DNA of 64,000 bases from assembly GCA_965153285.1 (NCBI GenBank), contig OZ229114.1. The stretch is one strand, 5' to 3'. Below are positions 63,753 through 64,000 of this stretch, one piece after another; the first letter of the stretch is position 1, and every line of letters begins with the position of its first letter. The notes under the pieces were generated by a model. That model did no database searches. It saw only the letters and a program-made list of their open reading frames with translations, and was not told the DNA's origin. Both the position numbers and the translations under genes were made by a program. The DNA comes from Podarcis tiliguerta. Lineage: Eukaryota.

Positions 63753-64000
63753 ATAGTGCAAAAAAGACAACACAGAACACTTAAAAAAAAAAAAGTAAAT
63801 TTGAAGTCAATGGAACTGGGGATCAAATCCCAGGGGCAATCAGGAATTTACTGTTTTGGACCTTGAGTCAATGCAGTGTTTACCAATGCCAGTTGTGGTA
63901 GATTTCTCCCACATCAGACAGGGCCAGATGGAGGCCATTAAGAGTATAATTCTGGGAAAAGCTAAAAAGGAACCCTCGTCTGCGACAGGCATTCCGTCCA

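Noticed and set aside
52046-64000. Next upstream SH3PXD2A exon (start of SH3-1)
   Set aside because: No matching sequence found by eye; presumably beyond the window in a long intron.
1-64000. CRISPR array, operon or prokaryotic/viral defence-type system
   Set aside because: The sequence is spliced vertebrate DNA. Recurrent repeats are dispersed TEs, not regularly spaced repeat-spacer arrays, and no intact transposase, RT or viral ORF is present.

Overview
This is vertebrate genomic DNA, most likely a squamate (lacertid-like lizard, judged from the repeat families). It holds two convergent, tail-to-tail genes in the same arrangement as human 10q24. On the + strand are the last two coding exons of NEURL1 (Neuralized-like 1; Ser/Pro linker and C3HC4 RING), followed by a probable ~6.7-kb 3'UTR ending near 15425. 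On the - strand are the last seven coding exons of SH3PXD2A (Tks5/FISH: end of SH3-1, an 84-nt cassette exon, SH3-2 to SH3-5), followed by a probable ~12-kb 3'UTR ending near 17300. All internal exon boundaries have GT/AG ends and join in frame. Introns carry hAT, Tc1/mariner(Tigger)-like and PIF-like MITEs (several with intact TIRs and TSDs), tRNA-derived SINEs, L2 and CR1 fragments, and microsatellites; a 5S-derived element lies in the intergenic gap. Most ORFs in the supplied track are spurious. I see no new protein-coding system. The best leads are post-transcriptional: (i) a near-perfect let-7f/let-7d complementary site (nt 2-19) in the NEURL1 3'UTR; (ii) a strong cryptic acceptor just upstream of it that could give a RING-less NEURL1; (iii) a seed-plus-3'-end miR-124 site of TDMD-like architecture in the SH3PXD2A 3'UTR. 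UTR extents and all regulatory calls are inferences needing transcript or conservation data.
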